Shown here: piece by piece, positions 31,776-47,315 of the stretch | Position numbering within the stretch: the stretch's first letter is position 1 | Layout: every line of letters begins with the position of its first letter | Assembly (NCBI GenBank): GCA_964016885.1 | Contig: OZ024741.1 | Location: 39,866,001-39,930,000 of the forward strand | Source: Eledone cirrhosa | Taxonomy: Eukaryota | DNA length: 64,000 bases | Direction of reading: 5' to 3' | Program-made: the position numbers and the translations under genes | The notes under the pieces: generated by a model | The model's input: only the letters and a program-made list of their open reading frames with translations | The model's database searches: none | Told to the model about the DNA's origin: nothing

Positions 31776-31844
31776 TATGAAGAGAGAAGAAACATTTAGA
31801 TATAATTAGTAATAAAATGTATCATACCTAAACTGCTCCTAGAT

Positions 31845-31934
31845 TCCTCGACTACGTAGTTTCGTGGCATAAACAAAAACAATACATCATAAAGATATAG
31901 AGTCCTTGCGAGGTCTGCCGACTTATCAAGAGGA
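31845..31934 (-). ncRNA. Type I hammerhead ribozyme with U3-A8 covariant core
   Basis: Minus strand: tcctc-TTGATAA-gtcggca...tgccac-GAAAC-tacgta-GTC-gagga; palindromic stem III ACTACGTAGT. Confidence 0.78.
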
Positions 31935-32274
31935 TACCTCATTTTACTAGTCTCAAGAACGCGTCTACACGACGTGAGAAAGAATCCCAAAAGAATCCCA
32001 CCGCTTATATATGTGTGTGTGTGTGTGCCTGACTCTCTGTGTACGTGAAGGTGTATGCGTGTCTATGTACATTTTCTTTACTGTGTTAGGGGAATGAAGT
32101 AGAAAATCTACCAGATTTTACCGTCTTCCTCCATCTCATCACCAATGTTGCCCAACTGTAACGGCTCTAAAATACATGCATCTCTCGTCAATGGTCAGGT
32201 AGTTGGGATTATGACCGCAACATTCAATTCTCACAGCAAGACTAAATATTTATTTTTTATTAAATGGACTGGCA

Positions 32275-32720
32275 AAGGGCGGGGAATTGGCAGTATTCGT
32301 AAAGCGTCGGAGACGATGCTTCACAGCTGGGTAATTGCTAGTCTTGTGCCAAACGTAGAAACAATTATTATATATAGATAGGGCTGGGGATTGGCAGTAT
32401 CGGTAGAGGATCGAACGCCATGCTTTGCAGCATAGAGTTACGCCCTTTTGAGGTCTGAGTTCAAATCCGGCCGAGGTTAACTTTGCCTTTCATCCTTATG
32501 GGGTCGATAAAATAAAGTACCAGTAATACACTGGAATAATTGCTAGTCTTGTGCCAAAAGTAGAAACAATTGTTATATATATAACTGATAACTGATAGTT
32601 TTTTATTGACCTTGAATGGATGAAAGGCAATGTTGACCTCGACGAGATTTGAACTCAGAAAGCTGAGAGTCGAAACTAATACCGTAAAACATTCTATCCG
32701 ACGATCTAACGCCTCCATCT
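32275..32720. mobile_element. SINE copies (deleted +, full + at 32381-32575, diverged -)
   Basis: Family motifs. Confidence 0.8.
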
Positions 32721-32799
32721 ACAATGGCAGCCGAGAGGGAATAAACTGGCAATAGGGAGATAACATAGAGAAGATTTTGATTGGTCATGTCAACAATAA

Positions 32800-34800
<2,001 letters not shown>

Positions 34801-34814
34801 TTGTGTATTTATTT

Positions 34815-35375
34815 AGGGCGGTGGATTGGCAGTATCAGTAGAGCGTTGGACACCCACCTTCGCGGCATAGATTTACAACCCTTTGCGTTCTGAGATCAAA
34901 TTCTGCCGATGTTAACTTTACCTTTCAATATTACGGGGCCGATAAAATGGAGTACCATCCAGGCACTGGGGTCAATTTAATCAACATTCCCCTCCCCCAA
35001 AATTGCTGGTCTTGTGCCTAAATCAGAAACCATTATGTATATATTTAGACATGTTCGCATATTTATAGACATATTTATAGAATTAGCGAAAACATTCTGT
35101 CTTGTCTTCCTCAATAATAAACTAAAATAATCAAAGCTAGGTACGAATTCAAATAATAGCCGTAGATATAATACTAGATATAATAATTGTTTCTACATTT
35201 GGCACAAGGCCAGCAATTACTCAGTACATTACGGGTACTTTATTTTATCGACCCTGTAAGGATGAAAGGCAAAGTTAACCTCGGCGGGATTTGAATTCAG
35301 AATGGCAAGGGCCGTAACTCTTTGCTGCAAAGAATGGCGTCCGACCCTTTACCTATACTGCCAATCCACCACCCT
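34815..35375. mobile_element. Two SINE copies (34815-35035 +, 35184-35375 -)
   Basis: Family motifs. Confidence 0.85.
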
Positions 35376-35747
35376 AAGATATAATAATGTGCAGACGTAA
35401 CTTCACATCTTCCTCCACCATTTATGTCTGAGTGATAGTTGGTGGACACAAATCGGCCGGAGCTCAGCCGTCGGGGTACTGACTATTGTATTTTCCTATT
35501 ACCTACTCTACTACGCTAAGCATCGAGTACTCTGGTGCGTTATGGCCCACCTGGTATCTTACCACACATTCTTTGTTTCATATATATATATATATATATG
35601 AAATTTCGTTTCATTCTTTTCCATTTATCGTTTTCGGTGCGCCCGGCCGACTAACTCACTCGATATGCAAATTAGGCTGCTGAGCCGTTAATATGCATAA
35701 AGAAAGTATATACTTTCAGACATTCAACCATCTGACAGAAAGGTATA

Positions 35748-35788
35748 CGATACTGACGATAGCGAATAAGCTTGAAACTAGAACATCG
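35748..35788 (+). ncRNA. Degenerate HHR, sister of 30117-30155 (element 35598-36065)
   Basis: cgata-CTGACGA-tagcgaataagctt-GAAAC-ta-GAA-catcg; triplet mutated. Confidence 0.6.
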
Positions 35789-36060
35789 TTCCTGTGTCAG
35801 TGTTGAACAAAAAGGTGACGATGGTTGCCTGAACGATGTACGGCGTAATTCGGGCTGTTTGTTTGTTTACAAACAAACTGAGCATTATAATAAATGTTCG
35901 GTAAACCCATACGTACATATATATATATGTGCATGTATGTATATATATACATACTACTGTACGTCTGTATACATATATGTATGTACGTATACATACATAC
36001 TTACATTTAAGTACCAGCCGTACTAAGAGTGAGAAATGAAATTTCGTTTCATTCTTTTCC

Positions 36061-36111
<51 letters not shown>

Positions 36112-36472
36112 TGTGTGTGTGTATATGTGTATGTGTGTTTAAATATGACTTCAGTATTTTCAGTTTCAATATATTAAGAACATAATTTATTATCAAATAT
36201 TTACCTACTATCGCATCAGCTTCCTTTCCTAACACTTATATGACCAAAAGAAAAAATAATGATTAATTATTTTTATTTATTTCGTTCGTTGCTTGTTAAA
36301 TCTTTTTCTTCGCACTAAATCTTCACATTTAACATATCTATATATAAAAAACACGATGGCTTATAACAGTCAATAGATTTCCATCGTTGTCATAAAATAA
36401 TTAATTGATTAATAAAATAATTGTTTTGTTTCATAACATTTCTTCCGTTGTTCATTTTCAGCATTCCTGTGA

Positions 36473-36667
36473 CAGACCTGTCAACTCTCCCCGTCCGACG
36501 GGGAGATCTCCCACCCACTTTGGGGTGGATGAGAGATGCCTTCTCTTGTGAAAATGGGTATAGCTTTTATTATGTAAAATCTCCCTATTTTACCTCATTT
36601 CTCTCCGTTTTGGGGCACTTGTTTTCATGGTACTCCCCGTTTGTGTTTTTAGAGGTTAGCAGGTCTC
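36473..36667 (+). mobile_element. ~195 bp MITE with 6 bp TSD
   Basis: ctgtga|cagacctgtcaac ... gttagcaggtctc|ctgtga; opposite-orientation copy at 59587-59789. Confidence 0.8.
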
Positions 36668-37959
36668 CTGTGAATTCCCGAACCACACATAGAGAGAGAG
36701 AAACAGGCGTAACAGTAATATTTATATAAACATTTCAAAACTAAAATAACGATCTTTGGGGAGGTGGAGATTTCATTAAAATTAGTTTTTTATTCTCTCA
36801 AAAAAATTATTATTTCGATTAAGGATTTACAACTGCAGTCCCTTGTTTGGGTATATACATATCCCAATGTCAGTCGAAATGTATAAATATATTTTTTTAC
36901 ATTTATTGAAAACATTGTTTCACTTCCTGAAAATTAAAGATTCGTTCTTACAGTTTAAATTTCTTAATGATAATGAAATTGATAATGCAAATAAAATAAA
37001 ATTATTATAAACTTCAAATGAATACTAAATATATTCAAACTGATTACTATCTTCTTGATAATTAGAGAAAATAGTTTTTCTTTTTCGTACATCCACAATT
37101 TTGGGGTGGTATGGGGGGGGGGGGGTACATTAAAAATAAATAAGTAAACGGTTTTTTTATTTTTTCAACACTAGTTTCCCAGTCATCAAAAATATATATA
37201 TGTATCTGATATGAACTAACAATTTAATTTTTTTTATCTTACTTTATTTTATTTTTATTTTAACATATCACAGATGCAGTAGACCAGTAGTTTTTTTTCA
37301 GATTTAAAGCAGTAGCAGCTTTCTATGTATCTACTTACATCTCTTTTGCAATTAAATGTATAAAAAATAGTCTGTTCGTATTTAAAACAAAAAATGGTAT
37401 CTTCACTTTCTGAAAATGTAAAATGCTGTGGTTTATGTTTCAATATATTTAGGATGAAATTATATTTGAAACGCAATCGAAATAAACTTTCACACTTCGA
37501 ATAAGGAAGAAAGCTTTCTATAAGAAACAAAACGAAATGCACTGCAGCTTCATTTCTCTTAACTATAATCAAAAAGTAATTTATTTTCAGATTTCTAAAA
37601 AAAGCTTTTGCAATTTCGCTAACAGAGTTTGCAGGAAGATATTTCAATACCAATTTAACAGTCACAAATAAAATTATGTCAAATACAGACAAGGTACATC
37701 GCATTAACCAATGTATTCACCGTACTTTACTTACTGTTGGACAAAGATTCTGAATGCAGATGAGGATAAAAGGTGGGCTTCTTCAAAGGAACGCGAGAAT
37801 ATTGATATAACGGACAGACTAGAAAGAGAGAGAGGAAAATAATTTTTCGCAAAACAATCATCAATATCTGCTTCAAACATACTAATTAAGGTTTTCCAAA
37901 CACTTTCCAAGATCAGGCAATTGCCGAATTTAAAGATGGAATTCAAATAAACTACGAAT

Positions 37960-38085
37960 GAAAGATGGATGAGAAATGTTCTATATGCGATGCATTAATG
38001 TGGCTAAAGGAAAGTTTCTTTATAATCTTCCATAGAAATCCTCCCTTTTATTTGTGTTGTGGTAGTGGACAGGTCCTATTACTAT
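37960..38085 (+). mobile_element. Helitron RepHel N-terminal zinc-motif remnant
   Basis: MDEKCSICDALMWLKES...LCCGSGQVLL fits the CxxCxAxxWxxE...CCxxGKVxL motif of Helitron proteins. Confidence 0.55.
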
Positions 38086-38554
38086 GTTTTGGGCTTAAGG
38101 AACTGTTAGATTTAATTCCACTTCACCAATTATTCCGATTCTTTGCGGGAGGAAAAGTTAACTTTACTGTTCATGCTTTCGAGAAAATAAACTACTGGAC
38201 TAAGAGCGATGGGTTGGCGGAATTGTTAGAACAATGGATGAGATACCATGCGGTGATTCTTTCGGCTTTTTGTGTTCTTTGTTCAAATCTCGCTGTGATT
38301 TAATTTGGTTGTAAACTTAAACTATCAAATGGTTTAACATCACCACATGATTCTTGGGTGCCTTTACTGTAGCACACTCTTTGGCAAGCATTCAATTATG
38401 TCTTTGGTTTCAGGATCCATTACTATGGAAATCAGTCATGGAGGCTCTGAAAAGAATTATTAGCTTCCATGTTTATCGAAATAGTAAAAAAAATGAAACA
38501 AAATATATGGCATATACGACATACAAACATATATATAGATAAACAGGCCTTGAA

Positions 38555-39330
38555 ATAATTGTTTCTACTTTTGGCACAAGGCCAGCAATTACCCAGTACA
38601 TTACTGGTACTTTATTTTATCGACACCGTAAGGATGAAAGGCAAAGTTAACCTCAACGGGATTTGAATTCAGACCGTAAAGGGAATAACTATACTGGAAA
38701 GCATGGCGTCCGACCCTCCACCGATACTGCCAATTATAATGCCGTTTAGATACATACAGTGGGCCGGACTCAATACATAAGTTTACAAGAGAAGACAAGT
38801 GTCAGATTAAATATTTCTTATATAATACGAGAGTTGATAGTGGTAGTGACATTGATAATGGTGATAATAATTGTTATTGTTTTTGGAACAAGGCCAGCAA
38901 TTCCAATGTATTACTGGTACTTTATTTTATCGACCACATATAAGGATGAAAGGCAAAGTTAACCTCGGCGAGATTTGAACTCAGATCGTAAAGCGGCGTA
39001 ACTCTATGCTGCAAAGCAGGACGTCCGACCCTCTGCCGATACTGTCATATCACGGTAATGGTAATAATAATTGTTTCTACTTTTGGTACAAGGCCAGCAA
39101 ATTACCCAGTACATTGCTGGTACTATATTTTATCGGCGGGATTTGAACTCAGAATGGCAAGGGCCGTAACTCTTTGCTGCAAAGAATGGTGTCCAACCCT
39201 TTACCTATACCGATCCCATAAGGCTGAAAGGCAAAGTTAACCTCGGCGGAATTTGAACTCAGAATGGTAAGGGCCGTAACTCTATTCTGGAAAGCATGGC
39301 GCCCGACCCTCTACCGATACTGCCAATCCA
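38555..39330 (-). mobile_element. Cluster of 3-4 minus-strand SINE copies
   Basis: Family motifs; the last copy has a duplicated head. Confidence 0.85.
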
Positions 39331-39394
39331 GGTGATGGTTGGTGTTGGTTGTGAAGTTTCTATAGAGCAGTGTTTCCCTAACATTTTCGAACGC

Positions 39395-40060
39395 GGTGGT
39401 GGTGGTGGTGGTGGTGGTGGTGGTGGTGATAGTGGAGACGGTGGTTATGGTGGTGATGGTGGTGATGGTGGAAACGGTAGTTATGGTGGTGATGGTAGTG
39501 ATGGTGGTGGTGCTTGTGGTGTTGGTGGTTGTGAGGATGGTGATGGTGATGATGGTGGAGGAGACGGTTGTTGTGGTGGTGATGGTGGTGGTGGTGGTGG
39601 TTGTGGTGGCAGCGGTGGTTGTGAGGATGGTGATGGTGGTGATTGTGATGGAGATGGTGGTGTTGGTGGTGGTTGTGATTATGGTGGTAGCTGTGTAGGC
39701 TGAGGTGGTGGTGGTGATGGTGACGGCGGCGATGATAGTAATGGTGTTGATGGTTGTGTGGATGGTGGTGGCGGTGGTTGTGATTTTGGTGGTAGTTGTG
39801 GAGGTTCTGGTGGTGGTGGTGATGGTGCTAGTCGTGGTGGTGGTGGTGGTGGTGGTGGCGGTGGTGGTAGTTGTGGAGGTAGTGGTGGTGATAGTTGTGG
39901 AGGTTGTGGTGGTGGTGGTGGGGATGCTGGTGGCGGTGGATGTGGTGGCGGTAATGGTGGTGGTGGTAATGGTGATGGCGGTGGTGGCAGTGGTAGTGGT
40001 AGAGGGGGCGTGCCGGTGGTAGTGGTGGTGGTGGTGGTGGTGGTGGTGATGACAGTTGTG
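39395..40060. repeat. (GGT/GAT)n low-complexity tract
   Basis: Direct reading. Confidence 0.95.
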
Positions 40061-40412
40061 GTGCTGAGGAAAATAGTGGTAGGGGTCGTAGTGTGGCGAT
40101 GGTTAGAGAGAGAAATAGGAGCAGGTAATCCCGTATAAACAAAAGATTAATAATAGCAGCTGAGAAGGTGCATGGGAAAGCCTGCACACTGGTTTCTGAA
40201 TAGCCAACCTTAACACTGTCCCTATCTATCTATCTATTTATTTATCTATCTGTTTGTCTATCTATCTATCATCTATCTATTTAACTCTCTCTCTCGCTCT
40301 CTTGTTTTACGCCTTATATATATATGTATATATATATATATGTATACACCCACCCACACACACACACACACACATAAATATATACATGTATATCTATATA
40401 TATATATATATA

Positions 40413-40593
<181 letters not shown>

Positions 40594-40729
40594 TCAATTG
40601 AAGAGAGTTGGTTCATTAAAAATCTGCCGATTTTTCTTTAACATATGTGAAGCACTCCACGGTTTTTATTAATCCGAAGTTTTATTACAATTGATAAGGG
40701 AGACGGTTTTATTTGTACATCCCTATTTT

Positions 40730-40801
40730 ATTCGTTATACGTATTTCGAAGACGTAAGGCAGTTATAGAATAGCTGGCTTACGTGTTCTCTTCAGACAAA
40801 T
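40730..40801 (-). ncRNA. Type I hammerhead ribozyme (AUA triplet) in TA/CA-flanked element 40594-40922
   Basis: Minus strand: atttgt-CTGAAGA-gaacacgtaagccagctattctataactgccttacgtcttc-GAAAT-acgt-ATA-acgaat; long paired stem II and palindromic stem III ATACGTAT. Confidence 0.82.
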
Positions 40802-40920
40802 ATACAAACGAGATATAAAATCCGATTTATATGTTACTGGTCAGACGTGTTATTCACTTCGCCGACCAATAATCATATATGCTTATTCATCTCATTTGTA
40901 TATTTCGTGGAATTACTCTG

Positions 40921-41013
<93 letters not shown>

Positions 41014-41802
41014 TCTTAATAGGCATTTGAGCTGTCAACAGGTTGCGGTACTCTGCTACACACACACACACACACACTTGTCTTAATAGGCATTTGAGCT
41101 GTCAACAGGCTGCGGTTCGCACACACATCTCTGCTGACCATTATCACAACAACGAACCTCTTTACTACTACTACTACACACACACATATTTGTCTTGAAA
41201 GACTTATTTTTCAGTGACTTCTCAATCAGCCGAAACAAACCTACATTTGGCGCAAAATCAATTTTTAACATTCATATGACCTCTACCGACCAATCAAAAT
41301 TGTTTTGACCACAAGAATTTTTTCATACATCTGGAGCCACTTTTTTTACATAAAACAGGTAGAATTTCCAAAACTAATCAGATTAGAGCAAACATCACGG
41401 GCGCTCTATCTCAAAATTATTTTTGAAAGGCATTAGAAATGCGCAACCGGTAACACTTAAAACCAAAACTGAATACTATTACTAATTTTTACTTATTCCT
41501 AATTAAACTATTTTTCACTGGGAACAATTTGTCAGCATTTTCTTTTCCTTTTACCAATATATATATATATATATTATTTGTTTCTTTATTAACTTATTTT
41601 TTATTTATTGTATTTTCTGTGGCAAACATTTGCACCGAAGATATGTGTCGTCAGTTCCAAAAAGTGTGGTTGGTCCTACACAAACCTTCACCGCTTAAAA
41701 CAAAACTTTGTGTGGGTAGTTCAACATCAGTTCACTTTCTCACATCAACTTTTGTTGGACACTCATACGTCGGATATCGATGGGGGAGTCCTTCATATAT
41801 AT

Positions 41803-41893
<91 letters not shown>

Positions 41894-41933
41894 TATGCCT
41901 TCATATATGTGTGTGTTTGTGTGTGTATAATAC

Positions 41934-41964
<31 letters not shown>

Positions 41965-42242
41965 AATAAATATAAATATAAATATATATAAATATATATA
42001 TATACTGAGTTAAAAACTCAAAGTAGTCTCTTACAATTAAATAACTCTAAGAAAAAAGCTTTTCTGAGCCGTGTAACATAATTGGATATACAATATATCT
42101 AAACATACATGTGTTCGTATTGTAAGGACCAGGTTTGCTAGGGTGAACAAATACTAACTACAGAAATATGGTTTGTTAGACATAATTTAAAGTAGTAAAT
42201 TAAGAAAAATAATAACAAACCTATACTGCGCAACTGCCTGAA

Positions 42243-42325
42243 AACACCTAGACAGTTATAGAAACTGTTCCGCAAAATCATATTAAGCGAAGTCATCACC
42301 ATTTCTCTGCTCATCAGTAGGTGTC
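42243..42325 (-). ncRNA. Type I HHR (A13>G in this copy)
   Basis: gacaccta-CTGATGA-gcagag...ttttgc-GGAAC-agtttctataact-GTC-taggtgtt; 8 bp stem I, 6 bp stem III. Confidence 0.72.
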
Positions 42326-42910
42326 AAGAAATTAGCTATCCTTCCACTTCTAAACATATTAGAAGACTGACTTGTGTGCGATATGAATAACGCCCATGTC
42401 CTCGGAGCCTAGCTTGTCTCGAAAACCTATGCCGCTAAAAATAGCAACCTGGTCAGCACGACATTATAATTAGCTCTACATGATGGAGCCGACAAATGTA
42501 TACTGAGTTAGAAACTCAAAGTAGTCTCTTACAATTAAATAGCACTAAGAAAAAAGCTTTTCCTAGCCGTGTAATATAATTGACTATACAAGTGAAATGA
42601 ACACTAATATAAACATACATGTGTCCGAATTGTAAGGACCAGGTTTGCTAGAGTGAAAAAATACTAACTACAGCAATATGGTTTGCTAAACTTAATTTAA
42701 AGTAGTAAATTAGGAAAAATAATAACAAACCTATATATTTGTCGGCTCCATCATGTAGAGCTAATTTTAATGTCGTGTTAACCAGGCTGTTTTCTTTTAG
42801 CGGCATAGGTTTTCGAGACAAGCTAGGCTCCGAAGACATGTGCGTTATTTCATATCGCACAATATTCAGTCTTCTAATATTTTTAGAAGTGGAAGGATCG
42901 CTCATTTCTT

Positions 42911-42993
42911 GACACCTACTGATGAGCAGAGAAATGGTGATGACCTCGCTTAATATGATTTTGCGTAACATTTTCTATAACTGTCTAGGTGTT
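42911..42993 (+). ncRNA. Type I HHR, inverted sister copy (A13>T)
   Basis: gacaccta-CTGATGA-gcagag...ttttgc-GTAAC-attttctataact-GTC-taggtgtt. Confidence 0.68.
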
Positions 42994-43177
42994 TTCAGGC
43001 AGTTGCCCAATATAGGTTTGTTATTATTTTTCTTAATTTACTACTTTAAATTAAGTCTAGCAAACCATATTGCTGTAGTTAATATTTTTTCACCCTAGCA
43101 AACCTGGTCCTTACAATTCGGACACATGTGTGTTTATATTAGTGTTCATCTCTCTTGTATAGTCAATTATATTATAA

Positions 43178-43227
<50 letters not shown>

Positions 43228-43479
43228 ATGTGCGTGTGTGTGTGAGTGTGTGCGTGTGTGTGTATACACATATATGTGTATATATACTCATACACACACA
43301 CACACATATATATATATATATGCATATAGATACATACATATGATGGCTGCTCCCTCGTTATCTAGTATGGCGATTGGACGAAAAAATAACAATAATAAAA
43401 TAAATAAAATAAAATAATATATATATATATATATATACGATATTAAACAAATGGAAACTATATTTATAAAACCATATTT

Positions 43480-43543
43480 ATTTCATTATACATATTTCAG
43501 GGATACCATATTAAAAATATGGCATGCCTTCGTCAGATAAAAT
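43480..43543 (-). ncRNA. Type I hammerhead ribozyme (AUA triplet)
   Basis: attttat-CTGACGA-aggcatgccatatttttaatatggtatccct-GAAAT-atgt-ATA-atgaaat. Confidence 0.8.
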
Positions 43544-43745
43544 ACAATATATAAACAGTTTTATAAATAATTTTGACGTACCATAATACAAGCGACCATT
43601 AAATTAGGAAGCTGCCTGGGTAGTTTCCATTTGTTTAATATCGTATATCTACTCCAAAAACTTGTCGAGTGCTTTATATCAGTTATAAAATATTTACTTG
43701 TTGTAACCCAACAATTTATATATATGCAATATATATGCAAAAGTT

Positions 43746-43829
<84 letters not shown>

Positions 43830-44025
43830 AAAGTTTTATTTAAAATTGTTGGGTTACAACAAGTAAATATTTTATAACTGATATAAAGCACTCGACAAGT
43901 TTTTGGAGTAGATATACGATATTAAACAAATGGAAACTACCCAGGCAGCTTCCTAATTTAATGGTCGCTTGTATTATGGTACGTCAAAATTATTTATAAA
44001 ACTGTTTATATATTGTATTTTATCT
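43535..44025. repeat. ~180 bp near-perfect inverted repeat around (AT)n
   Basis: 43535-43717 is the reverse complement of 43844-44025. Confidence 0.9.
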
Positions 44026-44149
44026 ATATATATAGGAACGAGTAGGACCCCTGGGGTCCTACTCGTTCCTATTACCCACACTACTACCCTAAGTATTGAG
44101 TACTTTGGTGCGTTATGGTCCACCTGGTTCCTTACCACATTTCCTTCGT

Positions 44150-44189
<40 letters not shown>

Positions 44190-44725
44190 TACATATACAT
44201 ATACATATATATACATACACACACACATACATGTAACATATATATACACGCACACACACATATATATATACATACATATATACATATGCATATATATATA
44301 CATACACACACACACACACACATACACACACACACACACATATTATATATATATATCTAAACCAAACATCCTTAAGACGCCACTACCTGTAAGGGATTAA
44401 CGTACAGTTAGATATTTTCTCACCATAACATCGTGGAGTAAGGGATTTAGGTTGGTCGCATATCAATTCTATAAAATACCTGATGCTAATCTTCTTACTA
44501 ATTGTTTCTCGTCTTTACCAATTCAGTGGGGCTGGTACCACATGCAGCCAATGTCTGGTAACACAACATGTGGCTCTAATCTCCTATCCTAACATATTGA
44601 CAAACTAATTCTTTTTTTCATTTTTGTTGTTTTCTAGTGTGGGACTGTTTTTTTTTTATTTAATAAATTTGTATATGTTATTTTTTGCGTTTCATTCAAT
44701 TCTGCATATTTGTGTAATATGTATA

Positions 44726-44812
<87 letters not shown>

Positions 44813-44835
44813 ATATATATACATATATGTGTGTG

Positions 44836-44866
<31 letters not shown>

Positions 44867-44918
44867 TTGTGTGCGTGTATATATATATATATATATGTGT
44901 GTATGTGGGTGTGTGTAC

Positions 44919-44984
<66 letters not shown>

Positions 44985-44990
44985 GTACAT

Positions 44991-45033
<43 letters not shown>

Positions 45034-45427
45034 ATGTATATTAAGAAAACGTTGACTTTTCGTTTACATGTATTTGATTTTTTTTTTTTTTGTGTATACG
45101 CGCGTTTCGCAGAGGATTGTCTCAGGTTCTCCATATAAGATATTGACCCAACCCATTATCGATCTGATCATCAGACTGGCGATTCAACAAAAAATATATT
45201 ACTTTTGTTGAATCGTCAGTCTGGGGTGCAGATCGATAATGGAGATAGATCCATACCTTCTATGGGTGACCTTCAGATAAACTTCTGCTAAACTTGCGTA
45301 ACGGGTCGATACACAATAAAAAACTAAATATATGCAAACGAAACTTCACCGTTTCTCTTAATTTATATATTCTGGCTGTGCATAGAGTGGTCATTTTTAT
45401 ACCACCAGTAATTCACTCAATCACATA

Positions 45428-45483
<56 letters not shown>

Positions 45484-45960
45484 GGAAGTAAAATATATAT
45501 ATAAATAAGGAAGTAAATTACCGCCAAAAAAACAATACATGCGCATGACAATGAACTCTAAAAGGAATTCAGGCCACGTGCTAAGAACTCAATTGGAAAT
45601 TGAAAAAATATCTATGTCTGTACAACATTTGATGACACACACAGATATTTTCTCGGGCAAAATAAGAGAATGAGATATAAGGAACAATCAATATTCATAT
45701 ATAAAAAATAAACAAAGAAATCCTAACCTTATACCGGGAAAATTTCAAATCTGCTGCGCCAAGAGTAAATAAATAAATACAATATCGGAGAAAGCTTTTT
45801 AGCGATACTCCGGCCAAATTCCAACTCACTCAACAAACATTAGGAAATAAGTAATTATATTCCCAATTATGCGTTCGGGGTGCTAACTAAAAGTATTGCG
45901 TGGAAAATTGGCTGTATTATTTCATATGAGACATATCGAATATATCTCTTCCCAGACGGG

Positions 45961-46052
<92 letters not shown>

Positions 46053-46179
46053 CGTGTGTGTGTGCGTATATATATATATATATATATATACGCACACACA
46101 CACACACGTGTGTGTGTATATATATATATTTATATATATATTTAATTGGCGGTAGGGTATATATATATACATATCCTCT

Positions 46180-46935
46180 TCTATATATCCCCGTTACCAG
46201 TGCCATGACGAAGTTCCTCCTCTGGCCCACCCTCTCTAACATTGCCTCTGAACTCCTCTGCCTTCAACCCAGTGTCATCTTTAAGAACATCCTTCAGCCT
46301 TGTGGTTAGTCTCGGAACTCGTCTGCCGGCACCAGGTTTCCACAAAAAGACTCTTCCAAAAAGTTCATTATGATGTTTCAAGATGTCCAGCTAATGTGAG
46401 TCTCCTACGCCTTATGATGTCAGAAAGGCAAAGGTATAAGCAGCAGAGCAATTTCTTTGCTATGTGTGTTCTCCAGGATATTTTCTGGACCTTTCTCAGT
46501 ATCCAGGTGGATGTGCCATAAATAATCTTTGTGAGTGCTTTTGTCAGTGTCCATTACTCACACTCGTAGGGAGGAATGGGCCCAACCGTTGTTTGAATAG
46601 CCTCATTTTTGTGGTTTTCTTGATAGAAGACAATTACTCTTTTGATAGGGAGTTGAGAGACCCATCCCCCATGCCTTGTCTATCCTAGTGTCCATATCGT
46701 ATGCAATGTTTATAAAACTGCCTAAATACAAGAAGTCATCAACTTTCTAATTATCTGACTCATCCAACGCATGCCTTTCTTTATTTGACGTTGTATTGAG
46801 GTGCAAGAATTTAGTTTTGGCGGCATTCAAGAATAATTCAATGGACTGTGCTGCATCCTCCACTCTGTGTAGCATTTCCTCAGCTTCTTTGCAGGGGTTT
46901 TCCTGGATAGCTGTGTTATCTGCGGTATTTGCGGT
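46180..46935 (-). mobile_element. Degraded 3' part of an RTE-type LINE
   Basis: Minus-strand remnants EAEEMLHRVEDAAQSIELFLNAAKTKFL, DDFLYLGSFI, IDKAWG and LWKPGAGRR...LKDDTGL resemble the RTE RT C-terminus. Confidence 0.7.
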
Positions 46936-47129
46936 AATTACCCAGGAATTCCCAAACTATTATTAAGATATCATAAATTATGTTAGAACAGATTTTCAGT
47001 GCTATGCTGTATGAATGCAAACTATATTCACCTTTTAATGTCGGTGGGGAAATCAGTGCGTCCATGTGCTTTAATGTCGGTGGGGAAATCAGTGCGTCCA
47101 TTTGCTTTGAATCCACCAGGTACCAGTCC

Positions 47130-47315
47130 ATTCAGTATCGGTAGAGGGTCGGACGCCATGCTTTGCAGCAAAGAGTTACGGTCCTTTATGGTCTGTGAAC
47201 AAATCCCGCGGAGCTTAACTTTGCCTTTCATCCGTATGGGGTCGATAAAATAAAGTACCAGTAATACACTGAGATAATTGCTGGCTTTGTGCCAAAAGTA
47301 GAAACAATTATTACC
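47130..47315 (+). mobile_element. SINE copy
   Basis: Family motifs. Confidence 0.85.

Larger units (their letters stand above)
42001..43175. mobile_element. ~498 bp-period HHR element: 1.5 tandem units followed by an inverted unit
   Basis: 42001-42225 repeats at 42499-42735; 42737-43175 is the reverse complement of ~42075-42497; flanked by (TA)n. Confidence 0.88.

Noticed and set aside
37255-37704. 149 aa minus-strand ORF
   Set aside because: No recognisable motif; AT-rich sequence next to a Helitron remnant on the opposite strand.
39296-40138. Gly-rich ORFs resembling structural proteins; possible hAT ends at 39368 and 40184
   Set aside because: Degenerate (GGT)n tract; the putative TIRs are weak and have no matching 8 bp TSD.
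41590-41795. TA-flanked island with minus-strand CTGACGA
   Set aside because: No properly placed GAAA/NUH with a stem I; may be a decayed element but unsupported.
47033-47100. 35 bp tandem duplication; similar local duplications at 5516-5690, 40916-41115 and 56288-56665
   Set aside because: Ordinary slippage or local tandem duplications without further structure.
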